A stretch of 64,000 nt of DNA from contig OY970176.1 in NCBI GenBank assembly GCA_963707955.1, positions 768,001-832,000 on the forward strand, written 5' to 3'. Under the pieces are notes generated by a model. It made no database searches. It was given only the letters and a program-made list of their open reading frames with translations, and was not told the origin of the DNA. The position numbers were made by a program, and so were the translations under genes. Below, in pieces: positions 9,847 through 19,598 of the stretch (positions are counted from its first letter, which is position 1; each line of letters begins with the position of its first letter). The DNA is from Candidatus Bathyarchaeota archaeon. Its GTDB lineage: Archaea > Thermoproteota > Bathyarchaeia > Bathyarchaeales > Bathycorpusculaceae.

Positions 9847-10749
9847 CTATGCCTTGGCTGTAACCTGAATTGGCGTTTCGAGCTTGTCAAGAATTTTTTT
9901 CAGTGACACTATGTTTCTGCCTAGGCCTAGCTCTTTTGGGTTCAGTCCGAAGGCGATCCCCATGAGTTGAGTGAAGTAGAGGATTGGCATATCAATCTTT
10001 AGGTCAAAACGGTTTTCTACCGCTTTTTGTTTAGCATCAAGATTGAAGTGACACATTGGACAAGGAGTGACTACGCAGTCAGCCCCTATCGCTTTCGCGC
10101 TCAACAGCAAGTCTTTGGTCATTTCAAGCATGACGCTTTCATCTGTCAGAACCAATGAAGCACCGCAACATCGCGTCTTGTCACGATAATCTAGGCTTTG
10201 AGCTCCAACGGCTTCAATAATTCTATCCATGGATTTAGGGTGTTCAGGGTCATCGAAACTTCTTACCTGCGGAGGTCTTACGAGCAGACAGCCATAGTAA
10301 GGTGCAACCTTCAAACCTTTCAAGGGTACTTTAACCTTTTCAGCTATCTTCAACGGTCCCACGTCGTTGATTAGCACGTCGAGATAGTGTCTAATTTTGA
10401 CGTCGCCTGTGAACTTCAACCCTGCGTCGTTGATTATTTTGTCAACTGCCCCTTTGAGGTTAGGATCTTCGTGAAGCATTTTGCTCGCTCTTGACAAAGT
10501 AAAAAAACAGGCGCTGCATAGGGTTACTATGTCCATGTTCATGGTTTCTGCGAGCGAAAAGTTTCTGGCAGATAGAGACAGAGACAGTTCTGGGTTGTAG
10601 GCGTGAACAGCGTCAATGGACCCGCAACAGTTCCAATCTGGTATTTCGATAAGTTCTATTCCGAGGACTTTGTTCACAGCCATGCATGACATTCCATATT
10701 CGTGTGCAGATGCCTCTACCGAGCATCCTGGAAAATACGCGTACTTCAT
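9847..10749 (-). CDS. hdrB: Heterodisulfide reductase subunit B
   Basis: YFPGC, WNCCG, YYGC, RCCG and CPMCHFNLD CCG-domain motifs. Confidence 0.95.
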   Translation of the reverse strand: MKYAYFPGCSVEASAHEYGMSCMAVNKVLGIELIEIPDWNCCGSIDAVHAYNPELSLSLSARNFSLAETMNMDIVTLCSACFFTLSRASKMLHEDPNLKGAVDKIINDAGLKFTGDVKIRHYLDVLINDVGPLKIAEKVKVPLKGLKVAPYYGCLLVRPPQVRSFDDPEHPKSMDRIIEAVGAQSLDYRDKTRCCGASLVLTDESVMLEMTKDLLLSAKAIGADCVVTPCPMCHFNLDAKQKAVENRFDLKIDMPILYFTQLMGIAFGLNPKELGLGRNIVSLKKILDKLETPIQVTAKA

Positions 10750-11337
10750 TTCTTTTTCTCCTCCTTTCTTAGAGCACTTCTAAAAATGGTCTTGATTTCT
10801 GTCTTTCCTCGCATCCTTGGAGGCCTCATCTTGACTTTGCCTTTTCGCCACATTTTTAAACCTAAACTGGCATTGTTGAAAAAGGCTTTTGGACTCGTTT
10901 TGTTCATTAGTCTAACCTGCAACTGAGGCTCGTGCATTCTACCGTATTTTCCAACGATTTCCGTGAAAGCCTTGTGAAACTTGGGTTTGGCCGGAATCTT
11001 GGCAGGCACATCATTTTCAATTGCCATATTCTTCAGTGAAGACATCAGAAGCGGAATGTCTATTCCTCTTGGACAGCGTGACGTGCAAGTGTAACAAGAA
11101 GCACAGATCCATATGGTTGAGCTTGAAAGCACATCTTCTTTCAGACCTAACTGCGCCATCTTGATGATCTGCATTGGACCGTAATCCATGGCAAATCTGG
11201 CGTGGCAAGAGACCTGCGCAGACTCCACACTGGATGCAGTCTAGTATTTTCTTGCCAGCTACAGTTTTCTTTACTTCCTCCAGAAAGGAGGGATCTACAT
11301 TCTTATTCATTACTACGTTTGCATGTGTGTGTTCCAT
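10746..11337 (-). CDS. hdrC: Heterodisulfide reductase subunit C, one extra base near 11211
   Basis: CIQCGVCAG joins SCHARF by a +1 shift; second cluster WICASCYTCTSRCP. Confidence 0.88.
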
Positions 11338-11338
11338 G

Positions 11339-13765
11339 TTAATCGCATCCGAGGTTTTCGGCGATTTTCTTCCTTTTTTCTTCGGGCAAGCGTCCTAGAG
11401 TGGATAGTCTCTGGTTTAGAGTTTCGAAAAGGTTAACTATTTTGTCATACTGGGGCAGAGTCGTTGTTGTTGAAGCTAGCCTAAGCGATTCAACCCCGTA
11501 CTTGCCTAATTCCTTCTTCAAATTGATTACGTGATCTCTGATGAGGTCTTCTCGGAAGGGACTATCATCGCCCTCTATGAAAATTACCCCGTCGGCTCCT
11601 GCCGCAAAGGCTTGCATTACGTGTCGGGTGCCTACTCGTCCTGCACTCGGCACGGTTATGATTCTGACATTCGGTGTGTAGTTCACTCTTGTTTGCCCAG
11701 CTAGGTCGGCTGAACCGTATGCGGTAGTCTTTTCAAGGAAAGCTAGAACTCTCGGCTCATCTCCCTCTCCTTGGCAAGTGGCTTGAATCTGAGCTGTCAA
11801 TTGCTCGTTCGTCAAGTTTTTGAGATCTATTGCCTCAGTGGGACACTTTGGCACACATATGCCGCAGCCATTGCAAAGGATCGAGTCAATTACGATGCCT
11901 TTGCGTTTGGCACTTATTGCCTTCGTCGGACAAGCTTGTATGCACACACCGCATGCGTCACATTTCTCGAGATTTACGTACGCTTTTTCCGGTGAAACAG
12001 CGATTTCACCTTTGCCCAAAAACGTAGCCACCTTGGATGCGCATGCCATAGATTCGATCGTGGTCTCTCTGATGTCTTTGGGTCCAACAGCACATCCGGC
12101 TAAGTATATGCCCTCCATCTTCGTGTCCACTGGTCTCAATTTATGATGTCTTTCCAGAAGGAAACCGTCTGGTCCAACGTCTATTCCGAGCTTTTTAGCC
12201 AGTTCATGGGAACCATAGTTGGGAAGCAGTGCTGGGCTAAGAACGACCATGTCGAATGTTTCCTCAATCTGCCTCCCCAGAACAGTGTCTTCAGCTCTCA
12301 CGGTCAAGTTTTCGCCGTTCGGAAAGACTTCGGCTGCCCGGCCTCGAATAAACTTGACACCAAGTTCTCTTGCATGCGAGTAAAATTCTTCATACCCTTT
12401 GCCATGCGCCCTTAGGTCCGTGTAGAATATCCAAGGCTCGGCTTCTGGGTTCGTCTTCAGAAGCAACAGAGAATGCTTAATGGCGTTCATACAGCCTATT
12501 TTACAGCAATAGTTTATCCCTTTGTCCATTCGGCTGCCGACGCAGAGTATGAAGGCGACTTTCTTCGGCATCTTCCCGTTTGAAGGTTGATGCAGACCTT
12601 GCAACATAAGACGCTCAAACTGCAGATTCGTCACAATGTCAGGGTGTAACCCGTAACTGTATGGACCGAAAACGTCGTGCCCATCAAAAACCTCTTTTGA
12701 GAGCTTCGGATCAAGCTGTTGATAGCCCGTGCACGCAATAATGGCTCCAACGTTCAACTCAATCATCTCCTCTTTTTGATCAAATGCTATGGCTCTGCCC
12801 TTGCAAAACCGTTCACAAACCCTGCAGACACCCTTGTTGAAAAAGAGACACGCATCTTTGTCTATCAAGTAAGTGTTAGGCACTGCTTGCTTGAAAGGCA
12901 CATAAATCGCCTTCTCCTGTTGCAGCCCTTCTTCGAACTTGCTCGTCTTTTTGGATGGACAAACTCTCGCGCATTCGCCGCACGATATGCACTTTTCTGC
13001 GTCAACGAATCGGGGCTCAACGCGCACTTGGACTTTGTAGTTACCAGGAGAACCTTCAATCGAGACGGGTTCCGCCATCGTGATAACGTCGATGTTTGGA
13101 TGTTGAGACACATAGACCATTTTTGGGGTCAAAATGCATTGGGAGCAGTCCAACGTTGGAAAGGTCTTGCTCAGTTGGGACATATGGCCGCCGATGCTGG
13201 GATTTCTTTCGACCAAGTGTACCTTGTATCCCTTGTCGGCTAATTCAATAGAAGTTAATATGCCAGCGATGCCACCTCCAATAACAAGAACATCGCCTGT
13301 AAGTGGAAGGCTTTTTGTTTCCAAAGGCTCCAGAAAACGAGCCCGTGCCACTAACCCGCTGATGAGAGCAATCGCCTTGTCTGTTGCCGATGCCTTCGTA
13401 TCATGAACCCAACTACATTGTTCACGAATATTTGCCATGTCCAGCAAGTAAGGATTAAGCCCGGCTGATTTGGCTGCTTCCCTAAAAGTCTCAAGATGCA
13501 TGCGTGGTGAGCATGAAGCTACGATAACTCGGTCGAGTTTGAGTTCCTTGATGTCTTTTTTTATCATGTCTTGTCCAGGTTTACTGCACATGTAATCATA
13601 ATTCTCGACGATTTTGACCCCGTCTAGTTTGGAAATAGCGTCCTTGACCTTTGTCACTGTCACGGTATCGCTTATGTTCCCCCCGCAGTGGCAAATGAAC
13701 ACTCCAATCGATGCATTCTTCGGCATAAATACACCAGCCATGTCGATAAGAGATTCTATCGACAT
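11339..13765 (-). CDS. hdrA: HdrA fused to a degenerate MvhD-like domain (start may be MPKNAS near 13726)
   Basis: GVFICHCG, SCSPRMH, GGGIAG, KTFPTLDCSQC, ferredoxin motifs, CVGSR..YCCKIGC; the C-terminal MvhD-like part lacks Cys. Confidence 0.92.
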   Translation of the reverse strand: MSIESLIDMAGVFMPKNASIGVFICHCGGNISDTVTVTKVKDAISKLDGVKIVENYDYMCSKPGQDMIKKDIKELKLDRVIVASCSPRMHLETFREAAKSAGLNPYLLDMANIREQCSWVHDTKASATDKAIALISGLVARARFLEPLETKSLPLTGDVLVIGGGIAGILTSIELADKGYKVHLVERNPSIGGHMSQLSKTFPTLDCSQCILTPKMVYVSQHPNIDVITMAEPVSIEGSPGNYKVQVRVEPRFVDAEKCISCGECARVCPSKKTSKFEEGLQQEKAIYVPFKQAVPNTYLIDKDACLFFNKGVCRVCERFCKGRAIAFDQKEEMIELNVGAIIACTGYQQLDPKLSKEVFDGHDVFGPYSYGLHPDIVTNLQFERLMLQGLHQPSNGKMPKKVAFILCVGSRMDKGINYCCKIGCMNAIKHSLLLLKTNPEAEPWIFYTDLRAHGKGYEEFYSHARELGVKFIRGRAAEVFPNGENLTVRAEDTVLGRQIEETFDMVVLSPALLPNYGSHELAKKLGIDVGPDGFLLERHHKLRPVDTKMEGIYLAGCAVGPKDIRETTIESMACASKVATFLGKGEIAVSPEKAYVNLEKCDACGVCIQACPTKAISAKRKGIVIDSILCNGCGICVPKCPTEAIDLKNLTNEQLTAQIQATCQGEGDEPRVLAFLEKTTAYGSADLAGQTRVNYTPNVRIITVPSAGRVGTRHVMQAFAAGADGVIFIEGDDSPFREDLIRDHVINLKKELGKYGVESLRLASTTTTLPQYDKIVNLFETLNQRLSTLGRLPEEKRKKIAENLGCD

Positions 13766-13807
13766 GCAACAACAACTGCCGAACTGAGGTTTATAAAGAT
13801 TTCATTT

Positions 13808-13828
13808 CTATAATATAATTCATAACAT
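13808..13828. promoter_or_regulatory. Imperfect palindromic operator upstream of the first hdrA
   Basis: rc ATGTTATGAA-TTAT-ATTATAG matches 17982 ATGTTATGAT-AAAT-ATCATAA. Confidence 0.5.
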
Positions 13829-13882
13829 TCAGCTCAACCTTTCGGCACCCCTCGGCACCGCTCACAAGGAGAGCATGAAGCT

Positions 13883-14791
13883 TTACTTACTTAACAACGA
13901 TCTAGCTAAGAGGAGGAAATTGCTTGGTTTCTCTCTCAGTCTTCTGATACTATAGGGCATCCAGTTTTGGCCGTAAGGTATATACTCAGTGACTCTGTAC
14001 CCCTTGTTCACAAGCTCAAGCTTAAGATTGTTTCTGATCCCCTTCAGAAAAGCAAACTCAAAGTTCTTTGCGTGCTCCTTGCTCATTCTCATTGCCTCGT
14101 AGATCAGTCTGTCGTCGTGAGTTGCAACAGAAAATAGGCTCTCGCTGTCTTTGAATAGATGCGCCATTAATTTCGCATAGCTCTTGTCTATCTCTTTTCT
14201 TGATTTGTACGCTATGGTTGCTGGTTCATCGTAGGCTCCTTTGACCAACCTGATTTTTCCGCCGATTCTTATCAATTCCCCAATGTCCTCTTCGCTTCTT
14301 CTCAGGTAGGATTGGATACATATTCCAACGTTTTTGCTCGTGGAAAACACGGTCCTATAAATGCTCATAGTGTCGTCGGTAAACTTCGAACTCTCCATGT
14401 CAATCCAAACGAACCTTCCCAGTCTGCTGGCGTAATCGACTATTTCCACAAGATTTTTTCTACAGTAATCTTTGCCTATTTTGAGGCCAAGCTGGGTGAG
14501 CTTTGCAGATACACACCCTTCAATTCTGTTTGGTTGTAATAAGTCGAGAAGATGCTCATACTCTGTTAGTGACTCTTGTACTTCTCTCGCAGTGTTGACT
14601 TCCTCTCCCAAGTAGTTCAAAATAACGCTAAACCCTCTGGCATTTGCAAGCTCGGAATAGTTTATTGCTTCTGAGATACTCTTGCCGGCTATCCAGTTCT
14701 TTGCTACTGGATAGACTAGAAGAGAGACTAAGGGCACATTCGTCATTCTGAAATGCTTCTTTCCTAGCCTGTTCAAGGCTGACTTTGACAT
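13883..14791 (-). CDS. Monofunctional proline dehydrogenase
   Basis: NYLGE, SAKLTQLG, IDMES, QSYLRRS, RLVKGAY, ATHD, and YIPYG..WMPY..RRLRE. Confidence 0.92.
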   Translation of the reverse strand: MSKSALNRLGKKHFRMTNVPLVSLLVYPVAKNWIAGKSISEAINYSELANARGFSVILNYLGEEVNTAREVQESLTEYEHLLDLLQPNRIEGCVSAKLTQLGLKIGKDYCRKNLVEIVDYASRLGRFVWIDMESSKFTDDTMSIYRTVFSTSKNVGICIQSYLRRSEEDIGELIRIGGKIRLVKGAYDEPATIAYKSRKEIDKSYAKLMAHLFKDSESLFSVATHDDRLIYEAMRMSKEHAKNFEFAFLKGIRNNLKLELVNKGYRVTEYIPYGQNWMPYSIRRLREKPSNFLLLARSLLSK

Positions 14792-14913
14792 TCAATTGCA
14801 GAAGTCCAGCTTAAGATTTTTGCACGTGCACGGTCTAATTCCGGACCAATCTTAATAAGCCAAAAGCGTGAGATTTTTTGCCTTTTTATAGGGCGTGCTA
14901 ATCTGTTTTGATC

Positions 14914-15447
14914 TTAAAAAGGATGCATGGTTTGTTCGTCCAGCTTGGCTTTTTCGTCTTTTGCGGCCATCTTCCTTACAAGCTCTCGCAGTTGCTCGCC
15001 CTCGCCGTGAACAAGTAAAAAACCTCCATTTTGAATGATGCACGAGAGATGCAATTCATCAGCAAACTTTTTGGAATCTTCGATTGAATGAGTCGAAGGG
15101 CTAATACGAATCCATTTTGCGCCTCGTGGAATGTTTGGGAGCAACTTTGGTTCCTCTTTCATTTCTTCGAAGGCCTCTTTCGCTTGGTCGAGCCGTGTCA
15201 ACCACTTGTTAACGTACTCAATTCCAAACATGATTTGCCCCTCAGAAGCAACGTAGGATTCCACGTTGAAAAGACATTTGTCAATCTCTTGACTAGTGTC
15301 GGCTCGACTGGGATCGGCTTCTAGAACGTGTATCAGGGTCTTTGCGGACTGCAATTCTGTCATAGTTTCAGATGGAATGATTATTCCTTTCCCCCGCAGA
15401 ACAGTAATCATTTCTTCAACAACTTTCCATTCATCTAGATGTCCCAT
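14914..15447 (-). CDS. Hypothetical protein, DUF2096-like, coupled to hdrA
   Basis: EWKVVEEMITVL...VESY...W pattern; 3 bp downstream of hdrA. Confidence 0.65.
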   Translation of the reverse strand: MGHLDEWKVVEEMITVLRGKGIIIPSETMTELQSAKTLIHVLEADPSRADTSQEIDKCLFNVESYVASEGQIMFGIEYVNKWLTRLDQAKEAFEEMKEEPKLLPNIPRGAKWIRISPSTHSIEDSKKFADELHLSCIIQNGGFLLVHGEGEQLRELVRKMAAKDEKAKLDEQTMHPF

Positions 15448-15450
15448 GGC

Positions 15451-17964
15451 CTATTCCTCGCTGCTTGAAGCCACAAGCATCGTGGACGCAATCTTGGGTG
15501 TCTCTCGCACGATTGGCTCTGCTTTTTTCTTCAACATGTTCTCCAATATTGGACGCAGTTTCTCGTTTTCTGCTTTGATCTTGTCCTTGCCTAATGCGTT
15601 CATCTGTGCGTTGACTTCTTTGACGAGTTCAGCAAACTTTACGCCTTCTGCAGCAGAAACGTACTCTACGCGAAGCCTCTCTGGACTCAGTCCAAGCTTC
15701 TCCAGCATCTTCGCCAAAGCCTCCATTCTGGCTTTCATCCTTCCGTTTCCGCTTATGTAGTGGCAATCGTAGGGTAGGTGGCATGCTCCAATCAAGACCA
15801 TTCCGACTCCCTGTCTGAAAGCTTCAAGAACGAAGTCTCGATCAACTCTTCCCGAGCACATGACGCGAACAGGTCTTATCGTTGGAGGATACTCAAACCT
15901 GCTCGTCCCCGCTAGGTCTGCGCCCGCGTAACTGCACCAGTTACACAAGAACGCCAAGATCTTTTCTTCCGGATTTGTCTCCAGGGCTGCTCCTATCTGA
16001 GCGAGTATTTGATCGTCTGTGAAGTGCATTTGTGTTATTGCGTTTGCTGGACATTCCGCAACGCATGTTCCACATCCATGGCACATGGCTGTTATTACTT
16101 GAGCTGGCTGTTTGTCATCGATTTTTATTGATTTGTGGGGGCATCTTTCCGCGCAAATGCCACATTTGGCTGTCAGGTTTCTGCACTTCAGTGGGTCCAC
16201 GACGGAAACTATGGGTTCGATCTTCCAAGTGGGCTTTGAGATTACGGTTGCTGCCCTTGACGCTGCACCACTGCCCTGCGAAACGCTGTATGGAATGTCC
16301 TTTAATCCTTGACATGCGCCTGCTAGGAATATTCCATCGGTAGGTGCATCCATCGGTTTGAGCTTAGGGTGGCTTTCCATGAAAAAGCCGTCAGCCCCAC
16401 GTGTTAAGCCTAATATTCGCGCAATTTCCTCTGTGCCTTTCTTAGGTGTGGCCGCTGATGCGAGAACAACCATCTCAGACTCAATTTCTATGGGTTGCCC
16501 CAGCATCATGTCCTCGGCGTGCAGAATCAAGTTCTTTGTCTCTGGAACCTCTACGATTCGGCTTACGCGTCCGTGAACAAAGGTTACGCCAAGTTCTCTT
16601 GCACGTTGATAGAATTCTTCATAACCTTTAGAGTTGCTCCGCATGTCCATGTAGAAAATGTAGACTTCAATGTCTTCCTTGTACTTCTCTTTAAGCTGAA
16701 TCGCATGTTTCAAAGTGTACATGCAACAGAAGTTTGAACAGTACGGATATTTCTTTACATCACGCGAACCGACGCATTGAATGAACGACACGGTGTGTGG
16801 TTTTTTTCCATCTGACGCCCTGATGACCTTCCCGCCTGTTGGACCAGCAGCCAGTATGAGCCTCTCAAACTCTAGCGACGTGATCACATTCGGGTATTTA
16901 CCATAGCCATAAAGCGGATTGTCGTACGGGAGGTACAAATCGTAGCCAGTCGCTACGATTATCGCACCTGCTTCGATCTCGATTTCTTCTGGTTTCTGCT
17001 CAAAATTTATGGCCTGCCTTGCTCCGCAAGCGTCAACGCACTTGTAGCATTCGATGCAGTAATCCCTGTTTATCGTGTAGACCAGCGGAACCGCTTGATC
17101 GAAAGGAGCGGATATTGCCTTTCTAACACCCAAGTTCATGTCCCACTCATTTGGATATTCAATGGGACAGGTTTCTTTGCACTCACCACATCCGGTGCAG
17201 TTGTGAGCGATCACGTATCGCGGGTTTTTCCGAATTTTGACTCTAAAATTACCAACGTAACCTTCTACGCTCAGCAAATCGGCATAATCTATTATTTCAA
17301 TGTTAGGATGTCTTTTTACGTCAACCATTTTGGGGCCTTCGATGCATATGCTGCAGTCAAGAGTTGGAAACGTCTTGTCCAGTTGCGCCATGTGACCCCC
17401 AATGCTTTCACTTTTCTCGAGCAAATACACTTTGAAGCCCATTTCAGCTAGGTCGAGCGAAGCATTCATTCCAGCTATGCCGCCGCCTATGACTAAGGCC
17501 TTGTGCGTTACAGGGACCTCTATCTTCTGCAGAGGCGATAGCAGTCTCACCTTCGCCACGGCCATTTTTATCAAGTCTTTGGCTTTCTCAGTTGCAGCTT
17601 CTGGAGTACTTGAGTGACACCAAGATGCGAATTCACGAATGTTTGCCATTTCAAAGAGAAACGGATTCAAGCCGGCATCTGAGACCGTCCTGCGAAATGT
17701 AGGTTCGTGCATTCGCGGTGAGCATGCTGCAACCACGACACGATTGAGCCTATGCTCCTTCACGGCCTTTTTGATCTCTTCTTGTCCGGGGTCAGCGCAT
17801 GTGTAGCGGTTGTCCTTCACATAAACAACGTCTGGTAGAGTCCCTGCAAATTGGACAAGTTCCTTTATGTTTAGAACTCCAGCTATGTTTAGACCGCAGT
17901 GGCAAACGAAAACCCCTATCTTCAGGTGTTCAAATTTCTTTTCGATGAGTTGGATACAAATCAC
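15451..17964 (-). CDS. hdrA: HdrA-MvhD fusion with intact MvhD cysteines (start approximate)
   Basis: GVFVCHCG, KTFPTLDCSIC, CVGSR..YCSNFCC; C-terminal FLCNWCSY, VMCSGRV and CHLPYDCHY. AGGTGA near 17961-17966; the ORF-track extension to 18207 is promoter DNA. Confidence 0.93.
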   Translation of the reverse strand: MICIQLIEKKFEHLKIGVFVCHCGLNIAGVLNIKELVQFAGTLPDVVYVKDNRYTCADPGQEEIKKAVKEHRLNRVVVAACSPRMHEPTFRRTVSDAGLNPFLFEMANIREFASWCHSSTPEAATEKAKDLIKMAVAKVRLLSPLQKIEVPVTHKALVIGGGIAGMNASLDLAEMGFKVYLLEKSESIGGHMAQLDKTFPTLDCSICIEGPKMVDVKRHPNIEIIDYADLLSVEGYVGNFRVKIRKNPRYVIAHNCTGCGECKETCPIEYPNEWDMNLGVRKAISAPFDQAVPLVYTINRDYCIECYKCVDACGARQAINFEQKPEEIEIEAGAIIVATGYDLYLPYDNPLYGYGKYPNVITSLEFERLILAAGPTGGKVIRASDGKKPHTVSFIQCVGSRDVKKYPYCSNFCCMYTLKHAIQLKEKYKEDIEVYIFYMDMRSNSKGYEEFYQRARELGVTFVHGRVSRIVEVPETKNLILHAEDMMLGQPIEIESEMVVLASAATPKKGTEEIARILGLTRGADGFFMESHPKLKPMDAPTDGIFLAGACQGLKDIPYSVSQGSGAASRAATVISKPTWKIEPIVSVVDPLKCRNLTAKCGICAERCPHKSIKIDDKQPAQVITAMCHGCGTCVAECPANAITQMHFTDDQILAQIGAALETNPEEKILAFLCNWCSYAGADLAGTSRFEYPPTIRPVRVMCSGRVDRDFVLEAFRQGVGMVLIGACHLPYDCHYISGNGRMKARMEALAKMLEKLGLSPERLRVEYVSAAEGVKFAELVKEVNAQMNALGKDKIKAENEKLRPILENMLKKKAEPIVRETPKIASTMLVASSSEE

Positions 17965-17981
17965 CTGCGTTCTAGAGTGTG

Positions 17982-18002
17982 ATGTTATGATAAATATCAT
18001 AA
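17982..18002. promoter_or_regulatory. Perfect palindrome TTATGAT-N4-ATCATAA in the second hdrA promoter
   Basis: Arms at 17985-17991 and 17996-18002, between a TATA-like TTAATATA (rc) and the SD. Confidence 0.55.
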
Positions 18003-18276
18003 AAAGTATATTAACGTTTACCCTAGCTTGGCTTAATTTAATGATTCTCCCGGTTCTCAAATGCCCCATACAATTGGTCACGGCGACGCAACAAAAACGC
18101 TCAAAAGAAACGCAAAAGCGGATTAATAACGTGCCAATTAAGCTTATGGTTAATCGCGGCCGTGCCAGTTCGCACGTAGGTGCGGACACCCTTGGAGGGT
18201 CAGGCATTTGCCCGCAAGACTTTCAAGGTGTGAAGGGTTAGCCATACTTTGAAAGGCATTTGGAGAACTGAAGGCT

Positions 18277-19146
18277 ATGAGGACAGAGGATCTTAAGAAG
18301 GTTGTACTGAAGATGTATGGAAGCAGGGAGTTTTATGGCTATGAGGTTCACAAGGAGCTTGCTTCTGAAAAGGTTGATGTTGGTATCAGTCGTTTGTACA
18401 GAGTTCTCACTGAGATGCTACGGGAAGGATTGCTTGAGGGTCGATGGGAGAAGGGTCAGCTTGGGCCTCGGAGAAGAGTGTACAGGATCGGCAGGAAAGG
18501 GAAGGAGGAGCGTAAGAAGCTTCTTTTAGAGGCGATTGACACTGTTCACGGGTTTTACAGCGAGTACCTGCTCAACCTACCTGCCGAGACCAATGTTCTC
18601 AATAGCGCGGTCAAACTACTGTCCAGCAACGTGGATAGAAAAGGAGAGATCGCATTCATTTCTCCTGCGTATTCGGTGATGCACGAGAAAATATTGCACA
18701 AACTGCACAACGAAATGCCCCAAGCGAAGATATACTTCGTGAAGCCCGCCTCATTAACCGTTGACTTGAACTTTGACAACCTATGGTTTTTGAATGGGAC
18801 TTGCGATAATATTCCGCTAAAAGATGGTTACGTTGATCTCGCGATCATAGCCGAAGCTCCAAAGAAGGATTGTCTGGAGGAATCCTTGACTGAAGTGCAC
18901 AGAGTGCTAAAGCAAGATGGCACGCTGACAATAGTAATACCAACAATTCTAGTGTGCAAAAACGAAGACCCTCTGTCAATAGGCAACTTCATCGAAAAAT
19001 ATGAGCATGAAGCGTCAGAAAAGCGTGATTACGTAGAGGCTGAGACTCTTAAGGCGCTAATGCAGAAACTATTCAACAATGTCGAAGAAAAAAGAATTGT
19101 CCACATGACATATTTCTTAGCCTCTCAACCGCGTCTTCTCCATTAA
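18277..19146 (+). CDS. PadR-family wHTH fused to a methyltransferase-like domain, paralog 1
   Basis: YGYEV, LYRVL..M...GLL, GPRRRVY.I...G (PadR); IPLKDGYVDL...EVHRVLKQDG (class I MTase C-terminal motifs). Confidence 0.8.
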   Translation: MRTEDLKKVVLKMYGSREFYGYEVHKELASEKVDVGISRLYRVLTEMLREGLLEGRWEKGQLGPRRRVYRIGRKGKEERKKLLLEAIDTVHGFYSEYLLNLPAETNVLNSAVKLLSSNVDRKGEIAFISPAYSVMHEKILHKLHNEMPQAKIYFVKPASLTVDLNFDNLWFLNGTCDNIPLKDGYVDLAIIAEAPKKDCLEESLTEVHRVLKQDGTLTIVIPTILVCKNEDPLSIGNFIEKYEHEASEKRDYVEAETLKALMQKLFNNVEEKRIVHMTYFLASQPRLLH

Positions 19147-19200
19147 TGATCAGGAAGGCCAAGGCGACTTTTGTTACTTGCGAATCTCAAACCGGCGGAC

Positions 19201-19244
19201 TATATGCCATTCAGTACTATAGCTATTATTCAATAGTTGCTTAA
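19201..19244 (+). promoter_or_regulatory. 44-bp conserved operator plus TATA-like element, copy B
   Basis: TATATG-N7-GTACTATAGC-N8-AATA-N4-CTTAA, followed by an SD and ATG AAC AAG at 19291. Confidence 0.65.
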
Positions 19245-19598
19245 GAGTGCGTTTTGCTTTCTTGAATACAAAACTTGGAGTTGAAAAAGAATGAACAAGC
19301 GCGCGCGCAAACAGAAGCCAAAAGTGGACACAAGCGGGTTGAGAGAGAGATCTGCTGGAAGAGATGCCGAGGGGCCGTTAAAATTCTTCTTGGATTGGCT
19401 GCACAGCCAAGAGCTAAGCTCGGAACAGCTTTGACTATGGCCCAGCAGCCGTAACTGTGAACATTCACTATGCCGCTGTGTGTTTGGCTGCGCGGCTTTC
19501 GCCAAATCAAGCAATGACTTTACTGCCTTTGAGATTTCCTACTTGAATAAGAATCACAACTTTCCTTAAGGCAAGGCTTGATCGATCGAGAGTCTTCA

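Noticed and set aside
9847-17964. Selenocysteine in Hdr/MvhD, or evidence of methanogenesis
   Set aside because: No in-frame TGA at Cys positions and no mcr or mtr genes in the window; Hdr is common in non-methanogens.
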